Shown: positions 40,995-51,575 of the stretch, piece by piece
Layout of the letters: each line of letters starts with the position of its first letter
Numbering within the stretch: the stretch's first letter is position 1
The notes under the pieces: generated by a model
Told to the model about the DNA's origin: nothing
Seen by the model: only the letters and a program-made list of their open reading frames with translations
Databases searched by the model: none
Made by a program: the position numbers and the translations under genes
Assembly (NCBI GenBank): GCA_040285745.1
Contig: JAUFOR010000005.1
Span: 310,001-374,000 of the forward strand
Direction of reading: 5' to 3'
DNA: 64,000 nt
DNA from: Barthelona sp. PCE
Lineage: Eukaryota

Positions 40995-42236
40995 ATGCCG
41001 AACGATCTGGAGTTGCAGAAAAGAGTTCAGGACCGGCTCAGGGCCTTGCAAAAGAAGCAGATGACATCTCCCATAAAGACATCCAGACAATTGAGTGAAG
41101 AACGCGAAAGAGAGTCAGTCATATTGGGAGATCGCCTTGAAAAGGTACCCTCAGTAGTGCCTTCATTCTCCACACCCAAGCGCCAACCAAAGGATGATCC
41201 CGAAAACGAATCACCTGGTTCTGTAACATCATTTAAGAGCATTAGTAGTGTTCGATCAGATCGATTGATAACAGTAGACCAGCTCATGAGCGATACCCGT
41301 AGCGCTAAAAGCACTGTATCATCAAAGGCAGCTTCGGAAAGTCCATTCAGGTCACCTTTTCCAGCTTTGTCACATATACCAACTTCACCAACACTTTCCA
41401 CGAGCTCTCGTGTCACAGCGCAGGAGCGCCTTAGATCTCCTCTGAAGATTACGACACATAAAGACAGCAACTTAACTTTATTGAAGACATATGAAAAATT
41501 GCAAAAAGATTATCAAGATATGATGTTGACTGTCACTAAAAAGCTTGAATCACAGCAGGAGCTCCACATGGATGAGATCAGGACAAAGAATAAGGTAATT
41601 CTTGATTTAGAAATGGAGTTAGAGAACGTTAAGACCAAATCGTTTGGAGAAATCGAACGAAAGAAGAAAGTTATTCGTGGATTGAAGAAACAGAACAAAG
41701 AGATCATGAGGAAGCTGTCCGAGGCTGAAGCTGAGAATATCGAACCTTCAAATGAAGGAGAGGAAGAGGTGAAAGAAGAGAAGCCTATATTTGATAACAA
41801 GCGCCTACTTGAGTTGGAAGAGCATATCCATCAGCTGACCGATGGACGTCAGGACCTGATGCAGAAGATAGCTGACTTGAACGCAAGGAATAAGCAAACT
41901 CATGATGAAAATATTTCGATCAAAGAAAAACAAGTTGTTTTGGAGAGAGATAACGAGGAAAAGGAGAAGAAGATCGCCCAGCTCGATCACTCTATTGAAC
42001 AAGCTGTGCACAGAACAAAGATTTTAGAGAACCTTGAGATTGATAACCAAGAGCAGAGTGTTCGTATAAAAGATTTGGAGAGATCAATTGAAACACAGTT
42101 GCAGGAGATATCCATTCTAAAGAAAAGAGAGACTGAGTTAGCTGAACTTCAGGAACAGTACAGCATCCTACATACTCGTTATAATCATTTATTGAGTAAC
42201 GTTCTTGATTTTGCTGATACTTCAGAGGGGAAATAG
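40995..42236 (+). CDS. Coiled-coil protein with Ser/Pro-rich N-terminus
   Basis: Long heptad-rich C-terminal half. Confidence 0.75.
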   Translation: MPNDLELQKRVQDRLRALQKKQMTSPIKTSRQLSEERERESVILGDRLEKVPSVVPSFSTPKRQPKDDPENESPGSVTSFKSISSVRSDRLITVDQLMSDTRSAKSTVSSKAASESPFRSPFPALSHIPTSPTLSTSSRVTAQERLRSPLKITTHKDSNLTLLKTYEKLQKDYQDMMLTVTKKLESQQELHMDEIRTKNKVILDLEMELENVKTKSFGEIERKKKVIRGLKKQNKEIMRKLSEAEAENIEPSNEGEEEVKEEKPIFDNKRLLELEEHIHQLTDGRQDLMQKIADLNARNKQTHDENISIKEKQVVLERDNEEKEKKIAQLDHSIEQAVHRTKILENLEIDNQEQSVRIKDLERSIETQLQEISILKKRETELAELQEQYSILHTRYNHLLSNVLDFADTSEGK

Positions 42237-42252
42237 TGTTGAATAAAGCGTT

Positions 42253-43428
42253 TTATTGTGGGGGATGTAATTCATCACACAAATTTTTAAAAATCTTCCC
42301 AAAGGTTTTCTGTGCTGGGGTATCTTGTCCTCTAGAAAGCTCACAAACAAACCTAACGAGTTGTGCAAGCCGTGTGTCGTTAAGTTCTTGTGGTTTAATA
42401 ATGTCACACATTTCTTCAATTACTCGATCAACAACAGTGGGCCTTACTCTCTTACCCAAGATATAATTATTCATTAATTCATCAGCAAACTCAACCTGTG
42501 TTTCCCTAAGATCCTTCAGAAAGCCAATCTTATCGTCGTGGTCCGAATCTAAAACTATTAATTTGCACAGGTTGGAAAACGACTCGAAATGATTAGTCTC
42601 CAGTGATGGATAATGCTCAATAATCAAATCCATTGCTTTAGTGTATAGCTTATCCTTCATTAGGCACTTGAATGTCTCCAGGATACTCTCAAATTCATCC
42701 TTTAAATTATCATTCACAGAAGTCGCTTCGATATATTCGTTGACCAGGCCCTGGAGGGTATAGTTGTTCAGTTTGATGCGCGCAATGTGGAGCTTGGCAG
42801 CCTTTTCAAATTCACATGATTGTAAAATTTCTCTTGCTTCATTAGGAGCAACAAATAAAAAGTCTGTCAGCATTTCCACTTCTGTGTCATTGACTTCACG
42901 CCTTTCACCGCCCTCAAGCGAGCTACGGTCGATGGGGGATCGTTCAGGGAGAAGTAATGAGTCTACAATTGGTTGATAAGGATGCTCGAACCCGCTAAAT
43001 AAATAACCATTAAGAAGGTACATTGCAGCCTTCAGAAACAGTACCAGGGCTGGGATCGTGTCGAGAGATTCTGTTGTTTGTAAAGATCGTGCTGCTGATT
43101 CTGCGCAAGCATTTCGGTAATCAGTAATGTCTTGTTCTGATGCAAAAACAATAGAAAAGATCTCATCTTCAAACATCTTGAGGCTGTATAGATTCTTCTG
43201 AAAGATTCGCTTCGCCACATCAAGATTATCTTCAAGACAGGCTTGTGCAATCATTGCTTTAAGAAACTCACTAGTTCCTCTGAACTGTTTTGAGCCCTGC
43301 ATGGTCCATAATGCAAAGGCCTGGTTAAGTTCAACCTTTTCAAGAGCTTCTCTCAGAGCAGTAAAATCATTCCCTTTCTGTTGGAGCATCTCATTGATCT
43401 CTGTTACCATTGTGTTGAGGTCGTACAT
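42253..43428 (-). CDS. Hypothetical alpha-helical protein
   Basis: 391-aa ATG ORF, no motif recognised. Confidence 0.7.
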   Translation of the reverse strand: MYDLNTMVTEINEMLQQKGNDFTALREALEKVELNQAFALWTMQGSKQFRGTSEFLKAMIAQACLEDNLDVAKRIFQKNLYSLKMFEDEIFSIVFASEQDITDYRNACAESAARSLQTTESLDTIPALVLFLKAAMYLLNGYLFSGFEHPYQPIVDSLLLPERSPIDRSSLEGGERREVNDTEVEMLTDFLFVAPNEAREILQSCEFEKAAKLHIARIKLNNYTLQGLVNEYIEATSVNDNLKDEFESILETFKCLMKDKLYTKAMDLIIEHYPSLETNHFESFSNLCKLIVLDSDHDDKIGFLKDLRETQVEFADELMNNYILGKRVRPTVVDRVIEEMCDIIKPQELNDTRLAQLVRFVCELSRGQDTPAQKTFGKIFKNLCDELHPPQ

Positions 43429-43788
43429 TCAACTGATGATGCAAAATTCACAAAACAAAAGGTGAAATAGGACGAATTGTTAATAACAGCTCATGAGACT
43501 TGCAGTTCACTTTTTCCGTTCAAATACATTCATTTTTTCAGCAAAAGGGTGGTTTTCTTTGGTTTGGGGCAGAATTGTATTGCTTTTTTGTATCCAGGGC
43601 TATTATAAACCAATTTCCCAGAAAATTTTGATAAGTCGATTATTTTTCCTTATTTACGCATACAATATCGCTATATGCTGCTGATAAAATGATACAATAC
43701 CCATTGGATGCAGAAATTCAAGTTACGTTAACCTGCAAAATCTTCGAAGTTTTCAATTCATTTAGATTTTTGCACTTCCACACATCAC

Positions 43789-44442
43789 ATGCTTCATATA
43801 GAGAAGGTATACAAGACAAACGCCAACATTGGGGCCCTTTTCAACTCGTATGGGGTCCGATACTTCATAGAACGTGATCATAGTTTTTGGGAGCTTGCAA
43901 AAGATCCAATCTCTTATTTCCCAGAAGGTAGGGGAGGGGGAGGTGTTTATCTTGTTAAGTGGGGCAGTGAGGTTATTGGTTTCATCTCTTGCCGTGAATC
44001 ACTCGCCTTATTAGATTCCATTGAAGTTTATTTTTTTGACATCCCATATGTATACATGCCTGATGTTTTTAGAATATTCCTAACATTGCAACAGGAGTTC
44101 GGGTACCTCGCGGTTGTCGTCGTCACACCTTTTGCGCGTGGATTACAGAAAACTTTGTTTTTTTCAAGCGAATTCTCAAAAATTCATAAATATTGGATTC
44201 AACCATATGCTATGTCTGGGTCTGAGCTCATCATGCATGTGTTTGAGTTTGACAGGTTGGATGACGAGATACAAGCGAATATTGAGATAGAAATTGAGGA
44301 TCATATTGATGAGTTAATGCTTGTTTCTGTTAAGGATTTTGAACAGCAATTTCCTGACATTATTGAGCTATCACCGGCTACAAAAGGAATTTTTAACATG
44401 CATGGGGTTGAGGATGTTCTTGAAGCTGCTGGAATTAAATAA
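43789..44442 (+). CDS. Hypothetical protein, possibly GNAT-like fold
   Basis: 217-aa ORF; VYLVKWGSEVIGFISC resembles a GNAT beta-hairpin. Confidence 0.6.
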   Translation: MLHIEKVYKTNANIGALFNSYGVRYFIERDHSFWELAKDPISYFPEGRGGGGVYLVKWGSEVIGFISCRESLALLDSIEVYFFDIPYVYMPDVFRIFLTLQQEFGYLAVVVVTPFARGLQKTLFFSSEFSKIHKYWIQPYAMSGSELIMHVFEFDRLDDEIQANIEIEIEDHIDELMLVSVKDFEQQFPDIIELSPATKGIFNMHGVEDVLEAAGIK

Positions 44443-44475
44443 AAGTTGCTGATTAACTTTTTTTAACCTTCTTCA

Positions 44476-44925
44476 ATGGCAAGTAGGGCACGTGTTTGGG
44501 CAGAACAATTGGGAGAAGCTACCTTATCTCTTTCAAAAGACCGAAACGAGACGATAATCCGTTTGTTGGAGGTTTCATGCTCTGATGATTTTAAATCGGA
44601 TATCCACACCAATATTTATGCGGGTCTAGACGATTCACAGCTAGATGAGCTTATTTTTAACGAGGATATAAGCATTAGAATATTATTTTGGAGATCAATA
44701 GTTATCAATAACCCAGGCCTATTTACTTACATGGTTGGACGTTCCTATCAGGGCGCACACCCCACAGACCAGGAACTCCCACATATACTTCAAGGATTCA
44801 TCACATTAAGCGTTTCCGAAAAATCAATGCTGTCCAGTTTCAATAATTTTGCTCAGTTTAGTGGAAATATTGATATACATAAAGATCTCTGGGAACAATG
44901 TCGTGTTTTACTAATTGGGGAATAA
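44476..44925 (+). CDS. Hypothetical protein
   Basis: 149-aa ATG ORF; its 3' end overlaps the convergent SDR gene by 15 nt. Confidence 0.6.
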   Translation: MASRARVWAEQLGEATLSLSKDRNETIIRLLEVSCSDDFKSDIHTNIYAGLDDSQLDELIFNEDISIRILFWRSIVINNPGLFTYMVGRSYQGAHPTDQELPHILQGFITLSVSEKSMLSSFNNFAQFSGNIDIHKDLWEQCRVLLIGE

Positions 44926-45996
44926 CCCCAACTCCTGCCATGCGTTCAACATTTCCATGATTTTTCCTGCCGTTAACTGGGGTGCACTATAATAAAAACC
45001 TGTGTCTTCAATCTTCTTACCGTTAATGCACAATGGGTCGCCCTTTAACAGCTCTAAATCCAAGAAAGGGTTGATAGGAGTGTGATCAACACCCTTTTCC
45101 TTGCAAATTTCGTTCCAAACCCTCAAATGTTGTGAATTAGAGACGGCAGCGGCTTCCTTCAACGCGAGCATGGCCGCAGCACTGATTGCCTTTCCGAAAT
45201 AGTCGGTTGTAATCGAGAAAATCCTTGAAAGATGTTCGTTGATGGAACCTTGCGTTGAATTAGTCTCGTCAGCCAGGTTAAAGATTGAACCAACCTCGCC
45301 AAAGTTGGCCATGTGTACAATAGCACGACATACATCGGTGACGTGCACCGTGTTAAGCAGAAGACCGGCGGTGTGCAAGAACTTCATATCATCACCAAGA
45401 TGCTGATAAATAGCAGCACATGCAACACGAGGCATGAGTCCCTTCAGATCACCGATACCGTATACAATAGCTGGACGTAAAATGATCAATGGCAAACCGT
45501 TCATAGCACGTAAACCTTCTTCAGCAGCGTAATGGGCACTAGCAATAACATGTTGAGGTGAAATCTTTGCTTTCTCGTTGAGCGGCTTGGATTTGGGCTT
45601 GTAAACACGTGCATCAGAAAGATATATGAATTTCTCCACACCATTTTCAACTGCTGCTCTTGCACAATTAAGAGCAATGTTAGTAAGTTTCTCAGTATAA
45701 ACAACGTCTGGGAGACCGAAACGAGTCGTGGCAGCAAGATGTACAACATAATCGAAAGCTTCTTCAGCTTCAAAAGCTTCATCTATCTGAGCTGGATCAG
45801 TCAAAGTAAGCTGCATAAACTCAACAATTTTGTTGTCGAATGCATCCTGCTGGTCCTCTGTAAGGAAAGCACAATCAGGAGTTTGGATATCGACGACACG
45901 AATCAAATCAAGATCGTCTTCGAGTTCCTCAACCAAATGAGTTACAAGGTTGCGGCCAATGAAGCCGGTTCCTCCTAGGATAAGCCATCTGGACAT
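44911..45996 (-). CDS. NAD-dependent epimerase/dehydratase (extended SDR)
   Basis: LILGGTGFIGRNL Rossmann motif, VVHLAA, ILRPAIVYG, VHVTDV; ATG 45996 directly precedes the Rossmann strand. Confidence 0.88.
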   Translation of the reverse strand: MSRWLILGGTGFIGRNLVTHLVEELEDDLDLIRVVDIQTPDCAFLTEDQQDAFDNKIVEFMQLTLTDPAQIDEAFEAEEAFDYVVHLAATTRFGLPDVVYTEKLTNIALNCARAAVENGVEKFIYLSDARVYKPKSKPLNEKAKISPQHVIASAHYAAEEGLRAMNGLPLIILRPAIVYGIGDLKGLMPRVACAAIYQHLGDDMKFLHTAGLLLNTVHVTDVCRAIVHMANFGEVGSIFNLADETNSTQGSINEHLSRIFSITTDYFGKAISAAAMLALKEAAAVSNSQHLRVWNEICKEKGVDHTPINPFLDLELLKGDPLCINGKKIEDTGFYYSAPQLTAGKIMEMLNAWQELGLFPN

Positions 45997-46260
45997 TGTT
46001 AAAGTGAAATGGGATAGAAAAAGTATACGGCTATATCGTATAGAAGATGAATATGATGTTGTGGAGATATGATTGGGGTGTTTCGGGGTAATACTGGGTG
46101 TGTACAAGAAGTCTAGCGACATAAAACCGCATTTCGACTTGCTTTTTGGAAACTTTAACTTTTCAGGTTTTCTTTTTGTGGGGCAAGTATTTTTGACTGG
46201 TTTGCACCTAACTGCCTATTCAAGTGTCTAAATTACAATTACCCATCTTTTTTTTTTTTA

Positions 46261-47307
46261 ATGTCAATTTTGCTTCGATTTTTGTCGAAAAAACTGTCTG
46301 AATCGCTTGCGAACACCGTTGACTGTGTATTTTTCTGTGTGTTCATTGCTCTTCTTCTTCCATTTAGCAAGATTGTACATTTTGTCCTCTTCCAAGCATA
46401 TTTCGTCTTTGCTTTGTTCTATTTTACCAGTACACGAGTATTAAAGCTCGCCAAAGACAGGAGCTACCTCTTGGTTTGCTCTTTTTGCCACTTTATTGTA
46501 TTTTTATACACATTCTTTCAGTTTTGTAGCTATTTCTTCAATATCACAGAGTTTCCCAACTATTATAGATACAGTTGGAGTGCTTATGACTTCATTTCTG
46601 TAATTTCTGGCGGATTTGAAAGTGTTTTTTCTTTTTTTATCTACCTATGTACATTGTTTTCTATTGTCACGTACAGTTCCTTATACACTACAATGGCTGT
46701 CGTTGCTAAATTGAACAAACACGAGGCAACAAAACCTTCTAATTGGTATATCCTTGGTGTTTTTGTTCGTATGTCTGATATAACTTGTGATTTTGTAATA
46801 ATTATTATGTTCTTCTTCTTAAACTTTGAAGAGGATGAGAAAAATTACTATGGAACATTTATCCTTATTTCTTCATTCATCACAGTTTTTTCTTCTTCTC
46901 ATATCATTAAAACACTCCGAAAAGGAGCATATGAACCAAAAATGGATGAGGATGAGGAATACGATAGTTCTAAGAAAAAGGTTCGGATTTATTTTATCCT
47001 TTTACTTTTTGGATTTCTATTTTTTGATCTTCCTATTATTATTCTTTTCACACTTTCAATGGTGTGCTATGGTTTCAATCTAACTTCTTCTGAGTTTTAT
47101 TACGATCCTACAGAGTTTCCACCGAAAGAGGCAGCAATTTCTCTTTTAAGTGTTTATTTCATTATTCTAATAAGTATATTAGTCATTACTGCAATAGTAC
47201 AAAGTGTGCAACGAGCCTACAAGAAGTTTAAACATAATTACGAAGAGTTTATTATTGTGGAACAAGGGAAACGGAAAAAATCGAAAGGCAAACCATCAAT
47301 GGTATAA
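46261..47307 (+). CDS. Multipass membrane protein
   Basis: About 7-8 hydrophobic segments, T-rich coding sequence. Confidence 0.7.
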   Translation: MSILLRFLSKKLSESLANTVDCVFFCVFIALLLPFSKIVHFVLFQAYFVFALFYFTSTRVLKLAKDRSYLLVCSFCHFIVFLYTFFQFCSYFFNITEFPNYYRYSWSAYDFISVISGGFESVFSFFIYLCTLFSIVTYSSLYTTMAVVAKLNKHEATKPSNWYILGVFVRMSDITCDFVIIIMFFFLNFEEDEKNYYGTFILISSFITVFSSSHIIKTLRKGAYEPKMDEDEEYDSSKKKVRIYFILLLFGFLFFDLPIIILFTLSMVCYGFNLTSSEFYYDPTEFPPKEAAISLLSVYFIILISILVITAIVQSVQRAYKKFKHNYEEFIIVEQGKRKKSKGKPSMV

Positions 47308-47451
47308 TTATGGTTAATAAGCAATGATAAATGAGGTGAATGGATAAATCAGTCGATTTAAAAGTTGTAAATAGTACTAAACTGTTGATTCCAGAATTTT
47401 TTTGTTTTCCTTTTTAAGCCTTAATTAAAATACACAAACCACCACACAAAA

Positions 47452-48102
47452 ATGTCAAACCCCATAATCATTGCCCCTTCGATTCTTTCATCGGATTTTG
47501 GTCACCTTGCACGTGATTGCAGTTTCATTCTCAGTGAAGGCGCTGATTGGCTTCATGTCGACATCATGGATGGCCACTTTGTCCCCAACATCACCATAGG
47601 ACCACCTGTAGTCAAAGCTCTTCGTAAGAATCTTCCCGATGCTTTCCTTGATTGCCATATCATGGTTTCCAAGCCAAGCCAGTGGATTGAACCACTCGCC
47701 AAGGGTGGAGCCAACCTCATCTGCTTCCACGTTGAGGTAGAAGAAGATATTGATACAGTCATTGCTCAAATTCGGGAATATGATAATATTGAGGTCGGCC
47801 TTGCCATCAGACCTTCCACGGACCCAGAGATGATCCTTCCCTACATTGATAAGATTGATATGGTACTTGCCATGACCGTTGAGCCAGGTTTCGGCGGACA
47901 AAAGTTCAATCCTGTCGGGCTTAACGCTGCAAAGCTCGCTAGAGAGCGCAGACCCGACATTAAGATTCAGGTTGATGGTGGTGTATCTGTGAAAACTGTT
48001 AAAGAGTGCAAGGACGCAGGTTGTAACGTACTCGTAAGTGGAAGTGCAATTTTTGGTTCGGAAGATAAAAGACACTACATGGATCAGCTCCGCAGCTTAT
48101 AA
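47452..48102 (+). CDS. RPE: Ribulose-phosphate 3-epimerase
   Basis: IAPSILSSDF, HVDIMDGHFVPNITIG, MTVEPGFGGQKF, IQVDGG. Confidence 0.98.
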   Translation: MSNPIIIAPSILSSDFGHLARDCSFILSEGADWLHVDIMDGHFVPNITIGPPVVKALRKNLPDAFLDCHIMVSKPSQWIEPLAKGGANLICFHVEVEEDIDTVIAQIREYDNIEVGLAIRPSTDPEMILPYIDKIDMVLAMTVEPGFGGQKFNPVGLNAAKLARERRPDIKIQVDGGVSVKTVKECKDAGCNVLVSGSAIFGSEDKRHYMDQLRSL

Positions 48103-48126
48103 TAAATAACTATAAAGCGTTTACAT

Positions 48127-50676
48127 TTACACATCAAGCAAATAATCGATATACTCCTCTTCATTCTTTGGCAGAACGGGTTCAAACTCATCACTGATTG
48201 GATTTTCATCCGCCACCTCATCAGGAACAACCCTGTTAGCCGTAAATTTGCTCTTCTTGATGGGCTCTGAGGTATGGGATGACACACTGCTGTTGCAACG
48301 GCTCATGCTCTCAATAAACCGTTGATAGTACATTTGTTCGTCCTCCTTCCTCTCTTCGGCGATTCTATTCAACAAATCATTCTTCTTCTCCAAAACCCTA
48401 TCTATCAAGTCCATTAACTCGGTTCTCTTCACCTTGATTGCATCGATTTTCGGCTGCATCGCCCTCAACTCTGCGCTCTCGCACTCAATATTTGCGGTCT
48501 TACTGCTTGCAACCAACCACGGTGTGTTGATACGGTTCTCGCTCACTGTTCTAATGCGAATGTCCTCATCATCCTCATCATCAGACTCTACGACGACACT
48601 GTTGTTCTCAACGTCTAATAGAAGTGCATCAGTTGTCTTTAAGAACTGTAAGAACGCTTGAATCTCGGTGGGTACAGCCAGATCCAACTTCTGATAGAAG
48701 CCAGCATATCCCAGCTCCAGCTGCCTGTGCTCGAGCAGCGCATTGAACACCTCTGAGTGATTCAACACCAAACGATGTGGGGGGTTCAACGGTATTGGTA
48801 ATTTGAATTTGAAATAAGACAAAAAGTTGACAATCCTCAAGCGCAAGATGTCCACAGGCGTAATCTCTAAATAAGTTGTCTGGAGCGGATTTTCTTTCCA
48901 TAGATTCAGTAATGTTAGGAAGATACTGCTGTGAGCGACCGTTTGTGTCTTAATAGCGACGCTGCTTGTGATATTCTTCCTGAGCGATTCTGTGTACTTA
49001 GCCATGAATTGATTAACTATACTGACGAGGTACGACTTGAATTCCAGGTCAATTTTGGAATTGAGAAGAGTAATTATCGCCTGAATACCGCCATTCTTTA
49101 AAAATGCATCAAAGAGCTTCTCATGACCGAGCGCAAAGACACGTAACGTCTCTGCAATGGTTGTAACAAACCCATCCTTATCCAGGGGTGAGTAAAAGAA
49201 AAGGGGCAGAAGCTTCAGCATTATATCTGCTGCCAAAGGCAATACACGACTGGGAATAGTCTCATAAGATTGGTATACATTACCAATGATGAGCACACAA
49301 ACACGCTTATCCAGCACTGGTGTTGTTGGTTCACTAAACAACTCAAACATATGGTTAATAAAATCCTCACTATCAAAAAAGGAATTGAGCGGGCTGGATT
49401 TAGTAACGAATGCAAACATACTCAAGATGTGTTGCTGTAAGTTTGTATTCTTTAGTAGTTCAACCAAAGCACCAAAAATGTTAGAACCACAAAAGTCATA
49501 ATAATTGCTTACTGTGAGAGCAATCGTCTCACATAATAAACGCTGAAGTTTGCTAATGGTGAACTCGCCCCAACGTCTTACTATCTCTTCGGTCGGTTGA
49601 AGGAAAATATACAAAGAACTAATAAAGTTCGGCTTAACAACATCGATATAAACTGCGATATAAGTATTGATTAAATCTAAAAACTTCAATGCGAGGTTTA
49701 TCTTTGATTTGGTCTCCTTCGAAGCCATAGAATTCTTTAAAAACAACATTTCTATACCATCTAAAAAAATCAACTCATTGAACACAATGTCGTTCTTATA
49801 AAAATGCTTGAATATTGACTTTAGCAAGTTAAAGTAATCAACGCAGAGCTTCATATCATTCTCACGATAAAAAATCTGTGGTTGTAGAAAATATTTTAAT
49901 AAATCTTCCAATATATGTAAATCATACTCGTTAATTAGCATATATATCCCTAGGAAGTCAGATCGCAAAACAATATTCCACAGTATCTCGATCAAGAAGA
50001 AGTGATAACTTGACTGACCACTTAGAAGATGAGTACTGTTAAGAAATTCCTCTGATAACTTTAATTTCTCAACTAAGCTCGAAAAATTTTCATAATAATT
50101 TTGAAAACTACAATGAGTGAAACTTAATATACGTAAGATCTGTACGCTGTCCTCTGTGAGCTCACAATCAAATAATACAGGTAAAAAACTGCTCATCCCA
50201 ATTGCCTTCACAATTGTTCCTTCATTATGTTCTTCATTTGATGTTAAATGGGCGGTTGGTAGATGTTTATCACCCAACAGCTCCTTAATGCCGTTGAATA
50301 TAATAGGGCGTAACGTTTCTTCTGTTAACAAAACACTCAATGTGTTGAAAATTGTTAGAGTATCTTTAAAATGACGAATCTCACAAGACAGACGTTCTTT
50401 TTGAAATTTAAAACAGAAACGCTGCAGGAGAAGCTGCAAACAATCATGGTACATATCGCAATCCTCCTGTGAGATACGCAATGCTTTAGAAATCTTTGAA
50501 TCAACATCCGAACGTTCCTTCAATTCTAATAACAGGTCTGAGAGCGCGCTTAGCTCGTGATAGTAATATCCGTCTGGTCTCTCACGAAACAGCTGTTCCA
50601 AACCAGCTTCATGCCGTTTGAAGGTTCTTTGCGATGCTGAATCGTTGAACAGCCCCAACAATACGTCTGCTTTCAT
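48127..50676 (-). CDS. CFAP69: Cilia- and flagella-associated protein 69-like (ARM repeats)
   Basis: GYYYHEL, F.KERLSCE, IEILWNI motifs and a C-terminal coiled coil. Confidence 0.65.
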   Translation of the reverse strand: MKADVLLGLFNDSASQRTFKRHEAGLEQLFRERPDGYYYHELSALSDLLLELKERSDVDSKISKALRISQEDCDMYHDCLQLLLQRFCFKFQKERLSCEIRHFKDTLTIFNTLSVLLTEETLRPIIFNGIKELLGDKHLPTAHLTSNEEHNEGTIVKAIGMSSFLPVLFDCELTEDSVQILRILSFTHCSFQNYYENFSSLVEKLKLSEEFLNSTHLLSGQSSYHFFLIEILWNIVLRSDFLGIYMLINEYDLHILEDLLKYFLQPQIFYRENDMKLCVDYFNLLKSIFKHFYKNDIVFNELIFLDGIEMLFLKNSMASKETKSKINLALKFLDLINTYIAVYIDVVKPNFISSLYIFLQPTEEIVRRWGEFTISKLQRLLCETIALTVSNYYDFCGSNIFGALVELLKNTNLQQHILSMFAFVTKSSPLNSFFDSEDFINHMFELFSEPTTPVLDKRVCVLIIGNVYQSYETIPSRVLPLAADIMLKLLPLFFYSPLDKDGFVTTIAETLRVFALGHEKLFDAFLKNGGIQAIITLLNSKIDLEFKSYLVSIVNQFMAKYTESLRKNITSSVAIKTQTVAHSSIFLTLLNLWKENPLQTTYLEITPVDILRLRIVNFLSYFKFKLPIPLNPPHRLVLNHSEVFNALLEHRQLELGYAGFYQKLDLAVPTEIQAFLQFLKTTDALLLDVENNSVVVESDDEDDEDIRIRTVSENRINTPWLVASSKTANIECESAELRAMQPKIDAIKVKRTELMDLIDRVLEKKNDLLNRIAEERKEDEQMYYQRFIESMSRCNSSVSSHTSEPIKKSKFTANRVVPDEVADENPISDEFEPVLPKNEEEYIDYLLDV

Positions 50677-50780
50677 GATACAATAAGTCAAAATGCGTGA
50701 TAGCGTTAAAAGAAAGGGTAATAGCTCAAAAAACACATGTTTTTTTACTTATAACTTTTTTCAACAACATCAGAACAATT

Positions 50781-50924
50781 ATGAACGATTTTGTTCACAC
50801 CCTGAATATCCTATTTAAGAATCTGGGTGCTGTGCTAGTTTTTTTTATAATGGTTGCCATTTTAAGAAAAGTATCAAATAGTATTAAAAAGAGATCTGGT
50901 AAAAAGAAGGAAAAGCAGGACTGA
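50781..50924 (+). CDS. Small single-pass membrane microprotein (47 aa)
   Basis: ATG, one TM helix, basic tail; divergent from the CFAP69-like gene. Confidence 0.45.
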   Translation: MNDFVHTLNILFKNLGAVLVFFIMVAILRKVSNSIKKRSGKKKEKQD

Positions 50925-51235
50925 CCACATTGTTTTGAGTTAAAATATTCCTCTTTCATTTTCTTTTTTAAAAGTATTTTGTTGCCTACTTGTGGGCGAA
51001 TATTAAGTTAAAATGCGTGTGCGTCGACAATTTTAAGCAATTCGTTATTTTGTGTAAATATTTTTATAATGTTTCTTAAATAGCATGTATTCAACTCATC
51101 ACCCACTCATATTACATAACACTTCCATTATCTACATGAAAATGACTATTTACACTCAAAATACAAACAATAAAAAAAATTAAGATTAAACATAGCAATA
51201 TCATGGTTTTGCAAACACTTCAAAGACAACTAGCA

Positions 51236-51450
51236 TCTCGTGACTGCGGGTGGAATATGATAAGGCGAATCAAGGAGCAAGCTCAACAGGATTCAATCAC
51301 TCTATGAACATTGAGCTACTTACACCATTTATCTCGCTAAATTAATACAAGTAGTGTGAGCACGCAGCTCGCCTCACCCTTAAAAGGACGGAGTAGGGTG
51401 AGAATTCAATATGTAGGTATAGGAAACGCTCTCATTGTAGACATGTTTTT
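51236..51450. ncRNA. Candidate structured non-coding RNA, family unknown
   Basis: GC-richer island in an AT-rich intergenic region with several perfect stems, e.g. CTCACCCT/AGGGTGAG and AGCTCAA/TTGAGCT. Confidence 0.3.
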
Positions 51451-51575
51451 CAGGCATTTCACAAGGTATATATCGCTTGTGATCGATATTTCTGTGTGTG
51501 GAGCCTATAAAAAATGCTCTAGCTATACTACGTACAGTAAAACTTCTTTTCTTTATTCTCCTCCGTATCTTTCAA

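Noticed and set aside
43708-43765. Possible 5' exon and intron for the 43789 gene
   Set aside because: Donor GTTAAC and the 3' end do not match the consensus of the four supported introns.
47488-48075. 195-aa antisense ORF over RPE (likewise 38388-38945, 61710-62237 and ORFs antisense to transketolase)
   Set aside because: Codon-bias shadows of genuine genes on the opposite strand.
24222-48102. Transketolase and RPE in the same window as a pentose-phosphate cluster
   Set aside because: About 21 kb and many unrelated genes apart; compatible with chance in a compact genome.
51378-51392. Minus-strand GTCCTTTTAA resembling U5 snRNA loop 1
   Set aside because: Deviates from the near-invariant GCCUUUUAC and the stem register does not fit, so not called U5.
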